NCBI GenBank assembly: GCA_045588145.1
Contig: JAZNDS010000056.1
Span: 27,448 to 91,447 of the forward strand
DNA length: 64,000 bases
Origin: Eubacteriales bacterium
GTDB taxonomy: Bacteria > Bacillota > Clostridia > Oscillospirales > CAG-272
Reading direction: 5' to 3'
Below the pieces are notes generated by a model, which saw nothing but the letters and a program-made list of their open reading frames with translations, was not told where the DNA came from and searched no databases. How positions within the stretch are numbered: position 1 is the first letter of the stretch; each line of letters begins with the position of its first letter. This document shows positions 26,687-35,865 of the stretch, in pieces. The translations under genes were made by a program, and so were the position numbers.

Positions 26687-27574
26687 ATGAATAAGCACAA
26701 AGCCAGTATTATCGTGATCGCCGCGGGCATCTTTTGGGGTGCCATGGGGCTTTTTGTCAATGAGCTTTCGGCCGCGGGTCTTTCCTCCATGCAGATCGCG
26801 GCGGTCCGTATGCTCGGCTCCGCCTTGATCTTTACAACGGTCCTTCTTATTAAGGATCCAAAGCTTTTGAAGATTCGACTGCGGGATATCTGGATGTTTA
26901 TCGGCACCGGCTTTGTCAGCACGACGCTGTTCTGCGTTTGCTATTTTGATACGGTCGTCAAAAGCGAATCCTCGATCGCTGTGGTCCTGCTTTATACCTC
27001 CCCGATCTTTGTGATGCTCATGTCACTTCTCTTCTTTAAAGAAAAGATCACGCTTCGTAAGATCGCGGCGCTTGTGATGACCTTTGTCGGCTGTATCCTT
27101 GTGGCGGGGATCCTTCAATCCGATAAGCCCCTCTCCCCTCTCGTTCTTTTGACCGGTATCGGCTCGGGCTTCTTTTACGCGCTGTATTCGATATTCGGCA
27201 AATTTGCTTTGGAAAAATATCATTCCTCCACCGTTACGGCATACACCTTTTTGATCAGTGCCCTGCCGCTTTCCCTGCTTGGAGAGCTTCCAAAAACCGC
27301 CGTTACCGTCGCCGCAAATCCCACGATCCTTCTTCTGATCCTCGGGATCTGTGTCATTTGCACGGTTATGCCGTATTTCCTGTATACCTACGGGCTTAGC
27401 GGTATGGAATCGGGGCGTGCCGCTATTCTTGTCGCGGTAGAGCCCCTGGTCGGCTCGGTTATCGGGATCCTCTTTTATAACGAAAGCCACGATCTCTTAA
27501 AGATCCTCGGTATTCTTCTCATTCTATCCGCCATCATCGTTTTGAATATTGCGCCCAAGAAAAAGGAAAAATAA
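26687..27574 (+). CDS. EamA/DMT-superfamily transporter
   Basis: 295 aa with about 10 TM helices in two EamA-like halves. Confidence 0.8.
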   Translation: MNKHKASIIVIAAGIFWGAMGLFVNELSAAGLSSMQIAAVRMLGSALIFTTVLLIKDPKLLKIRLRDIWMFIGTGFVSTTLFCVCYFDTVVKSESSIAVVLLYTSPIFVMLMSLLFFKEKITLRKIAALVMTFVGCILVAGILQSDKPLSPLVLLTGIGSGFFYALYSIFGKFALEKYHSSTVTAYTFLISALPLSLLGELPKTAVTVAANPTILLLILGICVICTVMPYFLYTYGLSGMESGRAAILVAVEPLVGSVIGILFYNESHDLLKILGILLILSAIIVLNIAPKKKEK

Positions 27575-27577
27575 AAA

Positions 27578-27609
27578 GAAAAAACCGCAAAAGCGGTTTT
27601 TTCTTTTTT
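27578..27609. terminator. Bidirectional terminator
   Basis: ACCGC-aaaa-GCGGT with flanking A- and T-tracts, between convergent genes. Confidence 0.7.
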
Positions 27610-27612
27610 AAA

Positions 27613-28674
27613 TTAGATCTGGTCAAGCCCAAGACCGCGAAGATCGGCGATGGTGCCGTTCTTTTCGGCGTCATACATCTTCCAGATGCAACGAAGGCTC
27701 TGCAAAGCGGCACGGCCGTTCGTGAAGGGAACCTTATCGTTGTGGATGCAATCGGCGAAGTGGGCGATCTCAAACTGGGTCTGCTTGCTTCTCTCGCTTT
27801 CGCGCTTCCAAAGCACGGTGTAACGGTCAACAACGTCGTCAAGACCTCCGGGGATATGCGGAAGCTCACCGGCATAAAGACGAAGCTCGCCGCGTCTGTG
27901 GTCGTACATCAGCATGCCCTTTTCGGTGTGGAGCTGGAAGTTGGTGCCGAGATGCGTGCCGCGGGCGCCCCAGGTCGCGCCGTGATAACCGAGCGCGCCG
28001 TTCTCAAACTTCATGCTGGCAATGCTGGTGCCCTCCTTCATCATCCAGGGGGTACCGACCTTGGTGCCGAAGTGCGTACCGCTGACGGGGTTGCCGAGGA
28101 ACCAAAGGAGAATATCAACGTAGTGGCAGCCGTGGCTGAAGAACTGGCCGCCGCCAAGACGGGCCGTGTATGCCCAAGTGGGATGAACGCGCTTCAGCTC
28201 GGCAGAGCCGGTCAGCTGCTCGGTCCAGATCGACATCATCATGATCTTGCCGTACTTGCCGCTGTCAACCTCTTTCTTCATACGGACGATACCCTCCCAG
28301 AAGCGGACGGGGTAGCCGCACATCAGCTTCACGCCGTTTTCTTCGCAGATATCGATCAGGGAGAGGCACTCTTCTTCCGAATTGCAAAGCGGCTTTTCCA
28401 TGAGAACGTGCTTTTTGTTGCGGGCGAAGAATACGCCACACTCATAATGCAGGTCGTGCGGAAGCGCGACAAGGACAGCGTCCACGTGGTCAAGGATCTC
28501 TCTATAATCGGTGGTAACAAAGGCCTTGGGGAAGATCGTGGCAACGTCCTCCGCGCGCTCACGAACGATGTCGCAAAGGGCGGTGATGTCAACGTTATCC
28601 ATTGAGGTAACACCGCTGACGTGGTGCTTCATCATATTCCCGCATCCAACAAGGCCGAGTCTCAATTTTTCCAT
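27613..28674 (-). CDS. Gfo/Idh/MocA-family NAD(P)-dependent oxidoreductase (paralog A)
   Basis: The GLVGCGNM Rossmann N-terminus and the EKP motif. Confidence 0.85.
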   Translation of the reverse strand: MEKLRLGLVGCGNMMKHHVSGVTSMDNVDITALCDIVRERAEDVATIFPKAFVTTDYREILDHVDAVLVALPHDLHYECGVFFARNKKHVLMEKPLCNSEEECLSLIDICEENGVKLMCGYPVRFWEGIVRMKKEVDSGKYGKIMMMSIWTEQLTGSAELKRVHPTWAYTARLGGGQFFSHGCHYVDILLWFLGNPVSGTHFGTKVGTPWMMKEGTSIASMKFENGALGYHGATWGARGTHLGTNFQLHTEKGMLMYDHRRGELRLYAGELPHIPGGLDDVVDRYTVLWKRESERSKQTQFEIAHFADCIHNDKVPFTNGRAALQSLRCIWKMYDAEKNGTIADLRGLGLDQI

Positions 28675-28823
28675 TTTCTTTATTCCTTTCTTTTAAAAAA
28701 GCGAATTTAACTTGTTGGCTTTTGCCTACAAGAAGATTGTAGCACAGAAGGATGGGGTTTGTATTTGTACAAAAAGAATGTAAAATTTGTATTATTTGTC
28801 TTTCACTTCTTTTTGAAAAATAA

Positions 28824-28854
28824 GAAAAAAGCCATATAAAATATGGCTTTTTTC
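28824..28854. terminator. Intrinsic terminator after paralog B
   Basis: AGCCATAT-aaa-ATATGGCT with flanking A- and T-tracts. Confidence 0.75.
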
Positions 28855-28864
28855 GGTTTTTTTA

Positions 28865-29923
28865 TCAGATCTGATCAAGACCAAGCCCACGAAGGTCGGC
28901 GATGGTGTTGTTCTTTTCGGCCTCGTACATCTTCCAGATGCAGCGAAGACCCTGAAGCGTGGCCTTTCCGTTGGTAAGCGGAACCTTGTTGTTTCTTACG
29001 CAGTCAACGAAATGCGCGATCTCAAACTGGGTCTGCTTGCTGCGGGCGCCGTCACGCTTCCAAAGCAAGCGATATTCCCCGATGCGCTCCTGCTCGCCGG
29101 GGACGTGGGGGGCCTGATTGTTGTAAAGACGGATCTCTCCCTCGTTGTGGAGGTATTCGAGCATACCCTTTTCGGTATGGATCTGGAAGTCGTATCCAAG
29201 GCGGGTGCCTCTTGCGCCCCAGGTCGCGCCGTGATAGCCGATGGCGCCGTTTTCAAACTGCATGCAAGCCATGCTGGTACCCTCGCGAAGCAGCCAGGGC
29301 GTTCCGTTGCGGGTGCCAAAGTGCATACCCTTTACGGGGTTTCCGAGGAACCAGAGCATGATATCAACGTAGTGACAGCCGTGGCTGAAGAATTGGCCGC
29401 CGCCAAGACGGGCGGTGCTGAACCAGGGCAAAGGGCTTTCATCGAGATAATTGGCGCCGGTCAGCTGCTCGGTCCAGATCGACATCGTCATGATCTCGCC
29501 GTATTTGCCGCTATCGACCTCTTCCTTCAGCTTTACGATGCCCTCCCAGAAGCGAACCGGGTACGCGCACATCAGGGTGACCTTTTCCTTTTCGCAGATA
29601 TCGATCAGGGAAAGACACTCTTCTTCGGTGTTGCAAAGCGGCTTTTCCATCAGAACGTGGATATGGTTTCTCGCGAAGAATACACCGCACTCATAGTGCA
29701 GATCATGCGGAAGCGCGACCAGGACCCCGTCTACCTTACCGACAAATTCGCGGTAATCGGTGGTAACGAAGGCATTGGGGAAAATGGTGGCAACATCCTC
29801 GGCGCGTTCGCGGATGATATCGCAAAGCGCGACGATCTCTACCTCTTCCATCGAGGTAACGGCCTGGACGTGCGTTTTCATCATACCGCCGCATCCGACA
29901 AGACCAAGCTTAAACTTTTCCAT
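28865..29923 (-). CDS. Gfo/Idh/MocA-family oxidoreductase (paralog B)
   Basis: It starts at MEKFKLGLVGCGGM; I trimmed the listed 494-aa ORF. It shares long identical runs with paralog A. Confidence 0.85.
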   Translation of the reverse strand: MEKFKLGLVGCGGMMKTHVQAVTSMEEVEIVALCDIIRERAEDVATIFPNAFVTTDYREFVGKVDGVLVALPHDLHYECGVFFARNHIHVLMEKPLCNTEEECLSLIDICEKEKVTLMCAYPVRFWEGIVKLKEEVDSGKYGEIMTMSIWTEQLTGANYLDESPLPWFSTARLGGGQFFSHGCHYVDIMLWFLGNPVKGMHFGTRNGTPWLLREGTSMACMQFENGAIGYHGATWGARGTRLGYDFQIHTEKGMLEYLHNEGEIRLYNNQAPHVPGEQERIGEYRLLWKRDGARSKQTQFEIAHFVDCVRNNKVPLTNGKATLQGLRCIWKMYEAEKNNTIADLRGLGLDQI

Positions 29924-30067
29924 AATTCTGTTCCCTTCTTGACTTTTTAGTGAAAAATGACTATAATAGGCTTGCTGCCTTGTTTTTATTCTATCACAAA
30001 AGACAAGGCGTGTATTTATATAAAAGGAACAGGAATTTATAAATTCGGTGCAAAAAGGAGGAACAGA

Positions 30068-30946
30068 ATGAAATACAGCAAAACCGCTCTCACTTCCCCT
30101 TTTTCCGTGCATACCGCCATTACCTTTTACCATATCGATCTGGCCGACACCCAGCCAAGGGGCGATTGGCATCCCTTTCCCGAGTTTATATACGTCGATA
30201 AAGGGGAGCAGCGTGTGCTGGTAGACGGAGAGCTTTTCTTCCTTCGTGAGGGGCAGGCCGTTTTTTATCCGCCGAATGCTTATCATATCGGGGCATCTGT
30301 CAGCCGCGCTATTGTGGACGTCGTCACCTTTGAGACCGATTTTTCGCATCTTTCCTCGCTATATAACCGCGTGATCACCCTGGATTCCTCCGAAAGGCGC
30401 CTGCTTTCCCAGGTCATGCGCCTCGGCCTTGCCAATTTCAAGAACAATTCTTCTCAAACAGAACAAATGGGCTTAATGGCAAAGGAGGATGCCTCATCAT
30501 TGGATCTGATGGCCCTGAAAAACTATCTCGAGCTTCTTTTGATCAGCCTGTATCAGAAGCTTGATCGGGGGGAAGAAGCTCTTCCGTCCGCTCCCATTGC
30601 CTCCAACCGCGCCAATTTCAAGGAGGAACAGTTCTTTGCCGTTGCAAAATACTTAAAGAAGAACCTTCACAGGGTGCTGACCTTGGAGGAGATCTCCTCC
30701 GCCAACCGCATCAGCGTTTCGCAGCTGAAATATATCTTCCGCTCCCAGATCGGCTGCGGCCCGCTTTCGTATTTTCTCTCGCTGAAGATCGGGGAGGCCA
30801 AGCATCTCATCACCGATACCTCGCTGAATTTTACCGAGATCGCCGACCGCCTCGGCTTCTCCTCGATCCACTACTTCTCCAAGCTTTTTAAGGAAAAGAC
30901 GGGGCTTACCCCCACCGAATACGCCAAAACCGTTAATAAAGCCTGA
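30068..30946 (+). CDS. AraC-family transcriptional regulator (cupin N-terminus, paralog B)
   Basis: C-terminal HTH run RLGFSSIHYFSKLFKEKTGLTPTEYA. The start ATG follows AAAGGAGGA. It is divergent from oxidoreductase B. Confidence 0.85.
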   Translation: MKYSKTALTSPFSVHTAITFYHIDLADTQPRGDWHPFPEFIYVDKGEQRVLVDGELFFLREGQAVFYPPNAYHIGASVSRAIVDVVTFETDFSHLSSLYNRVITLDSSERRLLSQVMRLGLANFKNNSSQTEQMGLMAKEDASSLDLMALKNYLELLLISLYQKLDRGEEALPSAPIASNRANFKEEQFFAVAKYLKKNLHRVLTLEEISSANRISVSQLKYIFRSQIGCGPLSYFLSLKIGEAKHLITDTSLNFTEIADRLGFSSIHYFSKLFKEKTGLTPTEYAKTVNKA

Positions 30947-31070
30947 AGGTACTTTTGCCCTTCAGGCTTTATTTGTACAAAAAGAGAGGTGTTTTTGTAT
31001 TTTTTGTTGACATAAGCGCTTCGCTTCATTATAATAAGGGTAAAGAGATCTTCGGGAAAGGAGGCGGCCC

Positions 31071-31940
31071 ATGGAATATCACAGAACCCCGTTTCCAACC
31101 CCCATTTCGGTCAATTCGCTGGTCGTTTTCGCGCACGTTTCCATAAGAAACCGAACGCCCAAGGGCGGGAACGCGTATAGCTTTCCGGAGCTTGTATACG
31201 TGGATAAAGGGGTCTTCAACATCACAGTGGAGGGAGAGCTTTATACCCTTAAGGCGGGAGAGGCGATGCTGTATGCCCCAAACGCGTACCACGTAGGGCA
31301 TTTTACCGAGAGCGCCGTTATCGATATCGTTGGATTTGATACCGATTCCTCGTTGCTTTCAAGCCTTTACAACCGTGTATTCGTTCTGGACGCCACCGAG
31401 AAAAGGCTTCTTTCCCATGTTATACGCCTCGGCACCTCGCATTTTCGGCATATCTCCAAGGCAAGCGGGGAGCTTGGCTATATCGCGAAGGAGGATACGG
31501 ACGAGCTTACCCTTATGATCATAAAAAACCGCCTGGAGCTGCTTTTGCTGGAGCTTTTGCGAAAAAAGGAGCGGGTCGGCATCCTTCCCACGGCCTCCAA
31601 TCAGGAAAATTTTAAGGACGATCTCTTTTATTCGATCACCGCTTTTCTGAAATCCAACCTCGGCAAGAATTTTTCTTTAGACGAGATGGCGGAGCATTCG
31701 GGCATCAGCGTAACCAAGCTGAAATCGCTTTTCCGTACGCGGGTCGGCTGTGGGCCGATCACCTATTTTCTGTCATTGAAGATCGGGGAGGCCAAGCGGC
31801 TTATCGGTGATACCTCGCTGAATTTCACCGAGATATCGGAGCGGCTCGGTTTTTCCTCTATCCACTATTTTTCCAAGCTTTTCAAGGCTAAAACCGGCAT
31901 GACCCCGACCGAATATGCCAGTTCGGTTTATCAAATATGA
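31071..31940 (+). CDS. AraC-family transcriptional regulator (paralog A)
   Basis: Same architecture as the neighbour, with RLGFSSIHYFSKLFKAKTGMTPTEYA. Confidence 0.85.
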   Translation: MEYHRTPFPTPISVNSLVVFAHVSIRNRTPKGGNAYSFPELVYVDKGVFNITVEGELYTLKAGEAMLYAPNAYHVGHFTESAVIDIVGFDTDSSLLSSLYNRVFVLDATEKRLLSHVIRLGTSHFRHISKASGELGYIAKEDTDELTLMIIKNRLELLLLELLRKKERVGILPTASNQENFKDDLFYSITAFLKSNLGKNFSLDEMAEHSGISVTKLKSLFRTRVGCGPITYFLSLKIGEAKRLIGDTSLNFTEISERLGFSSIHYFSKLFKAKTGMTPTEYASSVYQI

Positions 31941-31968
31941 AAAAAGGGACTGATTTTCAGTCCCTTTT
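31941..31968. terminator. Bidirectional terminator
   Basis: GGGACTGA-ttt-TCAGTCCC with flanking A- and T-tracts. Confidence 0.8.
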
Positions 31969-31971
31969 CCT

Positions 31972-32517
31972 TTATTCCTCGGAAGCTTCGGTCTCTTCGT
32001 CCTCTTCCTCGTCATATTCTTCGTCTTCGCGGTCCTCGTCTTCCCCGTACTCTTCGGCTTCTTCCTCCTCTTCTTCAAGCTGGGCGTGTTCCATACCGAA
32101 GGCGTCGTGAATATCCTCCTTGATGTCGTCGATCCCGTCCCAGATGTCAAAGAAAGCATAGGCAAGCACGTCGGGAGCGGTGATGAGATCAAAGGGGAGA
32201 ACGTAGCTGAAGCAAAGGCGCCCATCCTCGACCGTTACGGTAAAGGGGGCCTGCTGATTCAGGCCGTTTACGTAGCGAAGAAGCTCCAATTCGTCTACCT
32301 CGGGGATATCGCAGTAGTCGACGTAGAAGAAGGCGTCCCCGCCGTCCTCCAGCGTCGTGATGATATCATAGGAAACGCAACCGTCCTCTTCCTCAACAGG
32401 GAAGGTAATGGCGGTGATGCTTTCATCCTGTCCAAGCCCCTCTTTGAAGGTCACATCAAAAAGCTCACGCGACTCAAACCAGGCACGGAGGCCGTTTAAA
32501 AACTCTTGAAAATTCAT
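31972..32517 (-). CDS. YbjN-like (T3SS-chaperone-fold) protein with a poly-acidic C-terminal tail
   Basis: 181 aa. An alpha/beta N-terminal ~135 aa, then EEEEEEAEEYGEDEDREDEEYDEEEDEE. Confidence 0.55.
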   Translation of the reverse strand: MNFQEFLNGLRAWFESRELFDVTFKEGLGQDESITAITFPVEEEDGCVSYDIITTLEDGGDAFFYVDYCDIPEVDELELLRYVNGLNQQAPFTVTVEDGRLCFSYVLPFDLITAPDVLAYAFFDIWDGIDDIKEDIHDAFGMEHAQLEEEEEEAEEYGEDEDREDEEYDEEEDEETEASEE

Positions 32518-32595
32518 TATTATCTCCTTTATGACGGAAAAATCCGATCAACAGTCAACAGTATAGCATAAACCGAACGAAAAGTCAAGAAAGCC

Positions 32596-34803
32596 TTATC
32601 CGCGCGGGGAGGTGCCGGGGGCGGGGATCTTACGGCGGCGGAACTTTTCGAACGCGGCGCTTCCCTTTTCTCCAAAATCGTTAACGGCGGATACAAGCTT
32701 ATACTTGGGCTTGATGCTCATAACCGTGCAGCCGGTCGAGGTGCGGGTCGATTTGATCGGGATAAGGGAGGAGTTGACCAGCATACGCTTGTTCTGGCTG
32801 TCGGTCAAGAGGATATCGATCGGCTCGCTCTCGTAGAAGGCCGCCACAACCGGAGAGGCGCTTGAAAAGACGGCGGTCTGCTTTTTACGGGTCGATTTTA
32901 CGGCGTAGCGATCGACGGGGATACGCACGCCCTTCCCGTTCTCAAACAGGAAAACGAAATTATGGGCGGGATGATACTCGTAAAGCCCCTTCATCAGGAT
33001 CGGGTATTCATCGGCCTCCATCGAAAGCTTGGCGGGCAAATAATCGCCGAGGGCCGATGCCTTCACGGGATCGAAGTCCGAAGCCTTGGCGCGATACAGC
33101 TGGGCCTTGTTGGTGAAGAACACAAGCTCACAGCGGTTATCAAGCTCCTCGGAGAACAGAACGTAATCCCCCTCCTTCAGCTTTTGCTCGTCGCTTCCGC
33201 GCAGGGATTGAAGCGTTATCTTCTTAAAGTACCCTTCCTTGGTCATAATATACCGGGCCTGGAAGTTTTCCTCAAAAAGATCCTCCGCGTCAAAGACGGG
33301 AACATCATCGGCGTTGATCAGCTCGGTCTTGCGAGGAATGCCGTATTTTTTCTTGATCTCCTTCAGCTGCTCGGCGATCGCGGCCTTCAGCCTGATCTCG
33401 TCGGAAAGCGTGGCCTCCAGCTCCGCAATGCTCTTTTGCAGATCCTCGATCTCTAAAACACGCTTCTGGATATACTCAAGGTTCAGGTTGCGCAGCTTGA
33501 TCTCGGCGATGTATTCGGCCTGTGTTTTGGAGATGGCGAAGCCCTCCATCAGGCGCGGTACAACGTCGGCCTCCTTTTCGGTGTTGCGAATGATGCGGAT
33601 CGCCTTATCGATATCCAGGATCAGCGCGGCAAGGCCGAGAAGCAGGTGCAGCTTTTCCCGCTTTTTCCCAAGGTCGAAGCTAAGCTCCCGCTTATAGCAC
33701 CCGATGCGGAAGGCGATCCATTCGCGCAAAAGCTCGATAATGCCAAGCTGGCGCGGCGTACCGCCGATAAGAACGTTGAAGTTGCAGTCAAAATTGTTTT
33801 CAAGATCGGTAAGCTTGAAAAGCTTTTGCATGATCTTGTCGGGCTCTGCCCCGCGGCGCAGGTCCAGCGTCAGCTTAAAGCCGTTCAGGTCGATCGCGTC
33901 ACGGAAATCGGTTACCTCCTTCAGCTTACCGCCCTTGATAAGCTCGGAGATCTTGGACATGATCGATTCAATGCTGGAGCTGTACGGGATCTCCAGAATA
34001 TCGATGCTGTTGTTGGCGGCATCGTAGGCGTAGCGGGCGCGCAGCTTGACCGAGCCAAGTCCTGTTGCGTAGATCTTTTTGATTTTCTCACGGTCGTAAA
34101 GCAGAAAGCCGCCGCCGGGAAAATCGGGCCCCTTAACGATATCCAGCATACGGTCGATCGACGTGTTGGGGTTACGCAGAAGCGCGATGGTCCCATCGCA
34201 GATCTCCGCAAGGTTAAAGGAGCAGATACGGCTCGCCATACCAACGGCGATGCCGTGATTGGGCGAAATGAGGATATTCGGGAAGGTCGTAGGCAAAAGC
34301 GTCGGCTCTTCCATGGTATTGTCGTAGTTGGGGACGAAATCAACCGCGTTTTTGTCGATACCGCGGAAAAGCTCGTGGCAAAAGGGATCTAGGCGCACCT
34401 CGGTATAACGCGAGGCCGCGTACGCCATATCCTGGCTATACTGCTTACCGAAGCTCCCCTTCGAGTCGACGAAGGGATGCAAGAGGGCCTCGTTTCCCCT
34501 CGTTAAGCGTACCATCGTTTCGTAAATGGCGGCGTCCCCGTGGGGATTCAGACGCATCGTTTGCCCAACAACGTTGGCGCTTTTGGTTCGCGCCCCACCG
34601 AGAAGCCCCATTTTATACATCGTATAGAGGAGCTTACGGTGAGAGGGCTTAAAGCCGTCTATTTCCGGTATCGCACGGGAAATAATAACGCTCATAACAT
34701 AGGGCATATAGTTTGTTTCGATGGTTTCGGTGATCGGCTGGTTGGTGATTTCCGCCTCCTCCAAGGGGTATTCGCTTAGATCATTCTTTTTCTTCTTTGC
34801 CAT
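32596..34803 (-). CDS. Type IIA DNA topoisomerase subunit A (ParC/GyrA-like)
   Basis: DGFKPSHRKLLY, NPHGDAAIYETMVRL and the catalytic region AASRYTEVRL; 735 aa. Confidence 0.88.
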   Translation of the reverse strand: MAKKKKNDLSEYPLEEAEITNQPITETIETNYMPYVMSVIISRAIPEIDGFKPSHRKLLYTMYKMGLLGGARTKSANVVGQTMRLNPHGDAAIYETMVRLTRGNEALLHPFVDSKGSFGKQYSQDMAYAASRYTEVRLDPFCHELFRGIDKNAVDFVPNYDNTMEEPTLLPTTFPNILISPNHGIAVGMASRICSFNLAEICDGTIALLRNPNTSIDRMLDIVKGPDFPGGGFLLYDREKIKKIYATGLGSVKLRARYAYDAANNSIDILEIPYSSSIESIMSKISELIKGGKLKEVTDFRDAIDLNGFKLTLDLRRGAEPDKIMQKLFKLTDLENNFDCNFNVLIGGTPRQLGIIELLREWIAFRIGCYKRELSFDLGKKREKLHLLLGLAALILDIDKAIRIIRNTEKEADVVPRLMEGFAISKTQAEYIAEIKLRNLNLEYIQKRVLEIEDLQKSIAELEATLSDEIRLKAAIAEQLKEIKKKYGIPRKTELINADDVPVFDAEDLFEENFQARYIMTKEGYFKKITLQSLRGSDEQKLKEGDYVLFSEELDNRCELVFFTNKAQLYRAKASDFDPVKASALGDYLPAKLSMEADEYPILMKGLYEYHPAHNFVFLFENGKGVRIPVDRYAVKSTRKKQTAVFSSASPVVAAFYESEPIDILLTDSQNKRMLVNSSLIPIKSTRTSTGCTVMSIKPKYKLVSAVNDFGEKGSAAFEKFRRRKIPAPGTSPRG

Positions 34804-34815
34804 TTCCGTCTCCGT

Positions 34816-35865
34816 TTATAATGTAATGATATGATGGGCCGCCGCGCGGATCATGCGATTATAAAGCGCGAGCCCCAGCCCCTCGGGGCGCGGCAGGGGG
34901 GCATACAGGGCCGAATAGCCCTGCTTATCGGCTTCGCGCAGGGTGTAAAACAACCGATGTGCCAGAACGTGGGGATCGCTTTTCTTCCCTACCGCGATCA
35001 GCCGACAGGAAAGAAGCCCGCTGTAAAGGGGGATATCCTCTTCGTAGCAAAGCACCGCGTAATTTCCGCCTTGCTCGGCAAGATAGGAAGCACACTTTTC
35101 GGGGGTGCCCGAAAGCAAAAAGAAGGGGACCTTCGGGGCATAGTGCTTATATTTCATGCCGGGAGAAAGCACGGTCTCCCCGGGCTTTAAGGAATCAAGA
35201 ACGGCGGGGGCGATATAGACCCTGTCACAGACCTTCTCCAGATCCTTCGGGGTGATAGCACCCGGGCGCAGAAGCGTTACGGTGTTATCGTCCTCGATCA
35301 TAACGATCGTCGATTCAAGGCCGATCTCGGATTCGCCTCCGTCAAGGATCATATCGACGCGCCCCCGCATATCGTCGATCACGTGGGCGCAGCAGGTAGG
35401 CGAGGGGCTGCCCGAAAGATTGGCCGAAGGTGCGGCGATCGGGACCCCCGCGGCGCGGATAAGGGCACGGGCCGTCGGATGAGAGGGACAGCGCACCGCC
35501 ACCGTCGGAAGATTGGCCGTGACCGTTTTCGGGATAGCTTCCTTTACCGGCATAACAACGGTAAGCGGCCCCGGCATAAAGGCCTTGGCCAGGCGGTAAT
35601 AAAGCGGAGAGGTATAGGTATATCTCTCGGCGTCCGCGGGATCCGCGATATGTATGATAAGGGGGTTATCCGCAGGGCGCCCCTTGGCGGCGTATATCCT
35701 TTCGGCGGCCAGGGGATCGGTCGCGTTCCCTCCGAGTCCGTACACGGTCTCGGTTGGAAAGACCACCAATCCGCCGCGCAAAAGAATATCGGCCGCTTCT
35801 TGGATCAAGAGGGGGTCGATTTCTTTCTGCCCTGCTTTAAGTGCCACAATTTTTGTGTTAATCAT
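34816..35865 (-). CDS. L-threonylcarbamoyladenylate synthase (Sua5/YwlC type, with Sua5 C-terminal domain)
   Basis: VVFPTETVYGLGGNA, KGRPADNPLIIH, SANLSGSPSPT. Confidence 0.9.
   Translation of the reverse strand: MINTKIVALKAGQKEIDPLLIQEAADILLRGGLVVFPTETVYGLGGNATDPLAAERIYAAKGRPADNPLIIHIADPADAERYTYTSPLYYRLAKAFMPGPLTVVMPVKEAIPKTVTANLPTVAVRCPSHPTARALIRAAGVPIAAPSANLSGSPSPTCCAHVIDDMRGRVDMILDGGESEIGLESTIVMIEDDNTVTLLRPGAITPKDLEKVCDRVYIAPAVLDSLKPGETVLSPGMKYKHYAPKVPFFLLSGTPEKCASYLAEQGGNYAVLCYEEDIPLYSGLLSCRLIAVGKKSDPHVLAHRLFYTLREADKQGYSALYAPLPRPEGLGLALYNRMIRAAAHHIITL

Noticed and set aside
28865-30349. N-terminal extensions of listed ORFs (28865..30349, 5477..6469, 18189..19088, 8107..9594, 23830..25890, 3092..4228, 38321..38977, 43669..44004)
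   Set aside because: The extensions run through promoters, terminators or a neighbouring gene and lack an RBS. Internal starts with good RBSs reproduce the family-typical N-termini.
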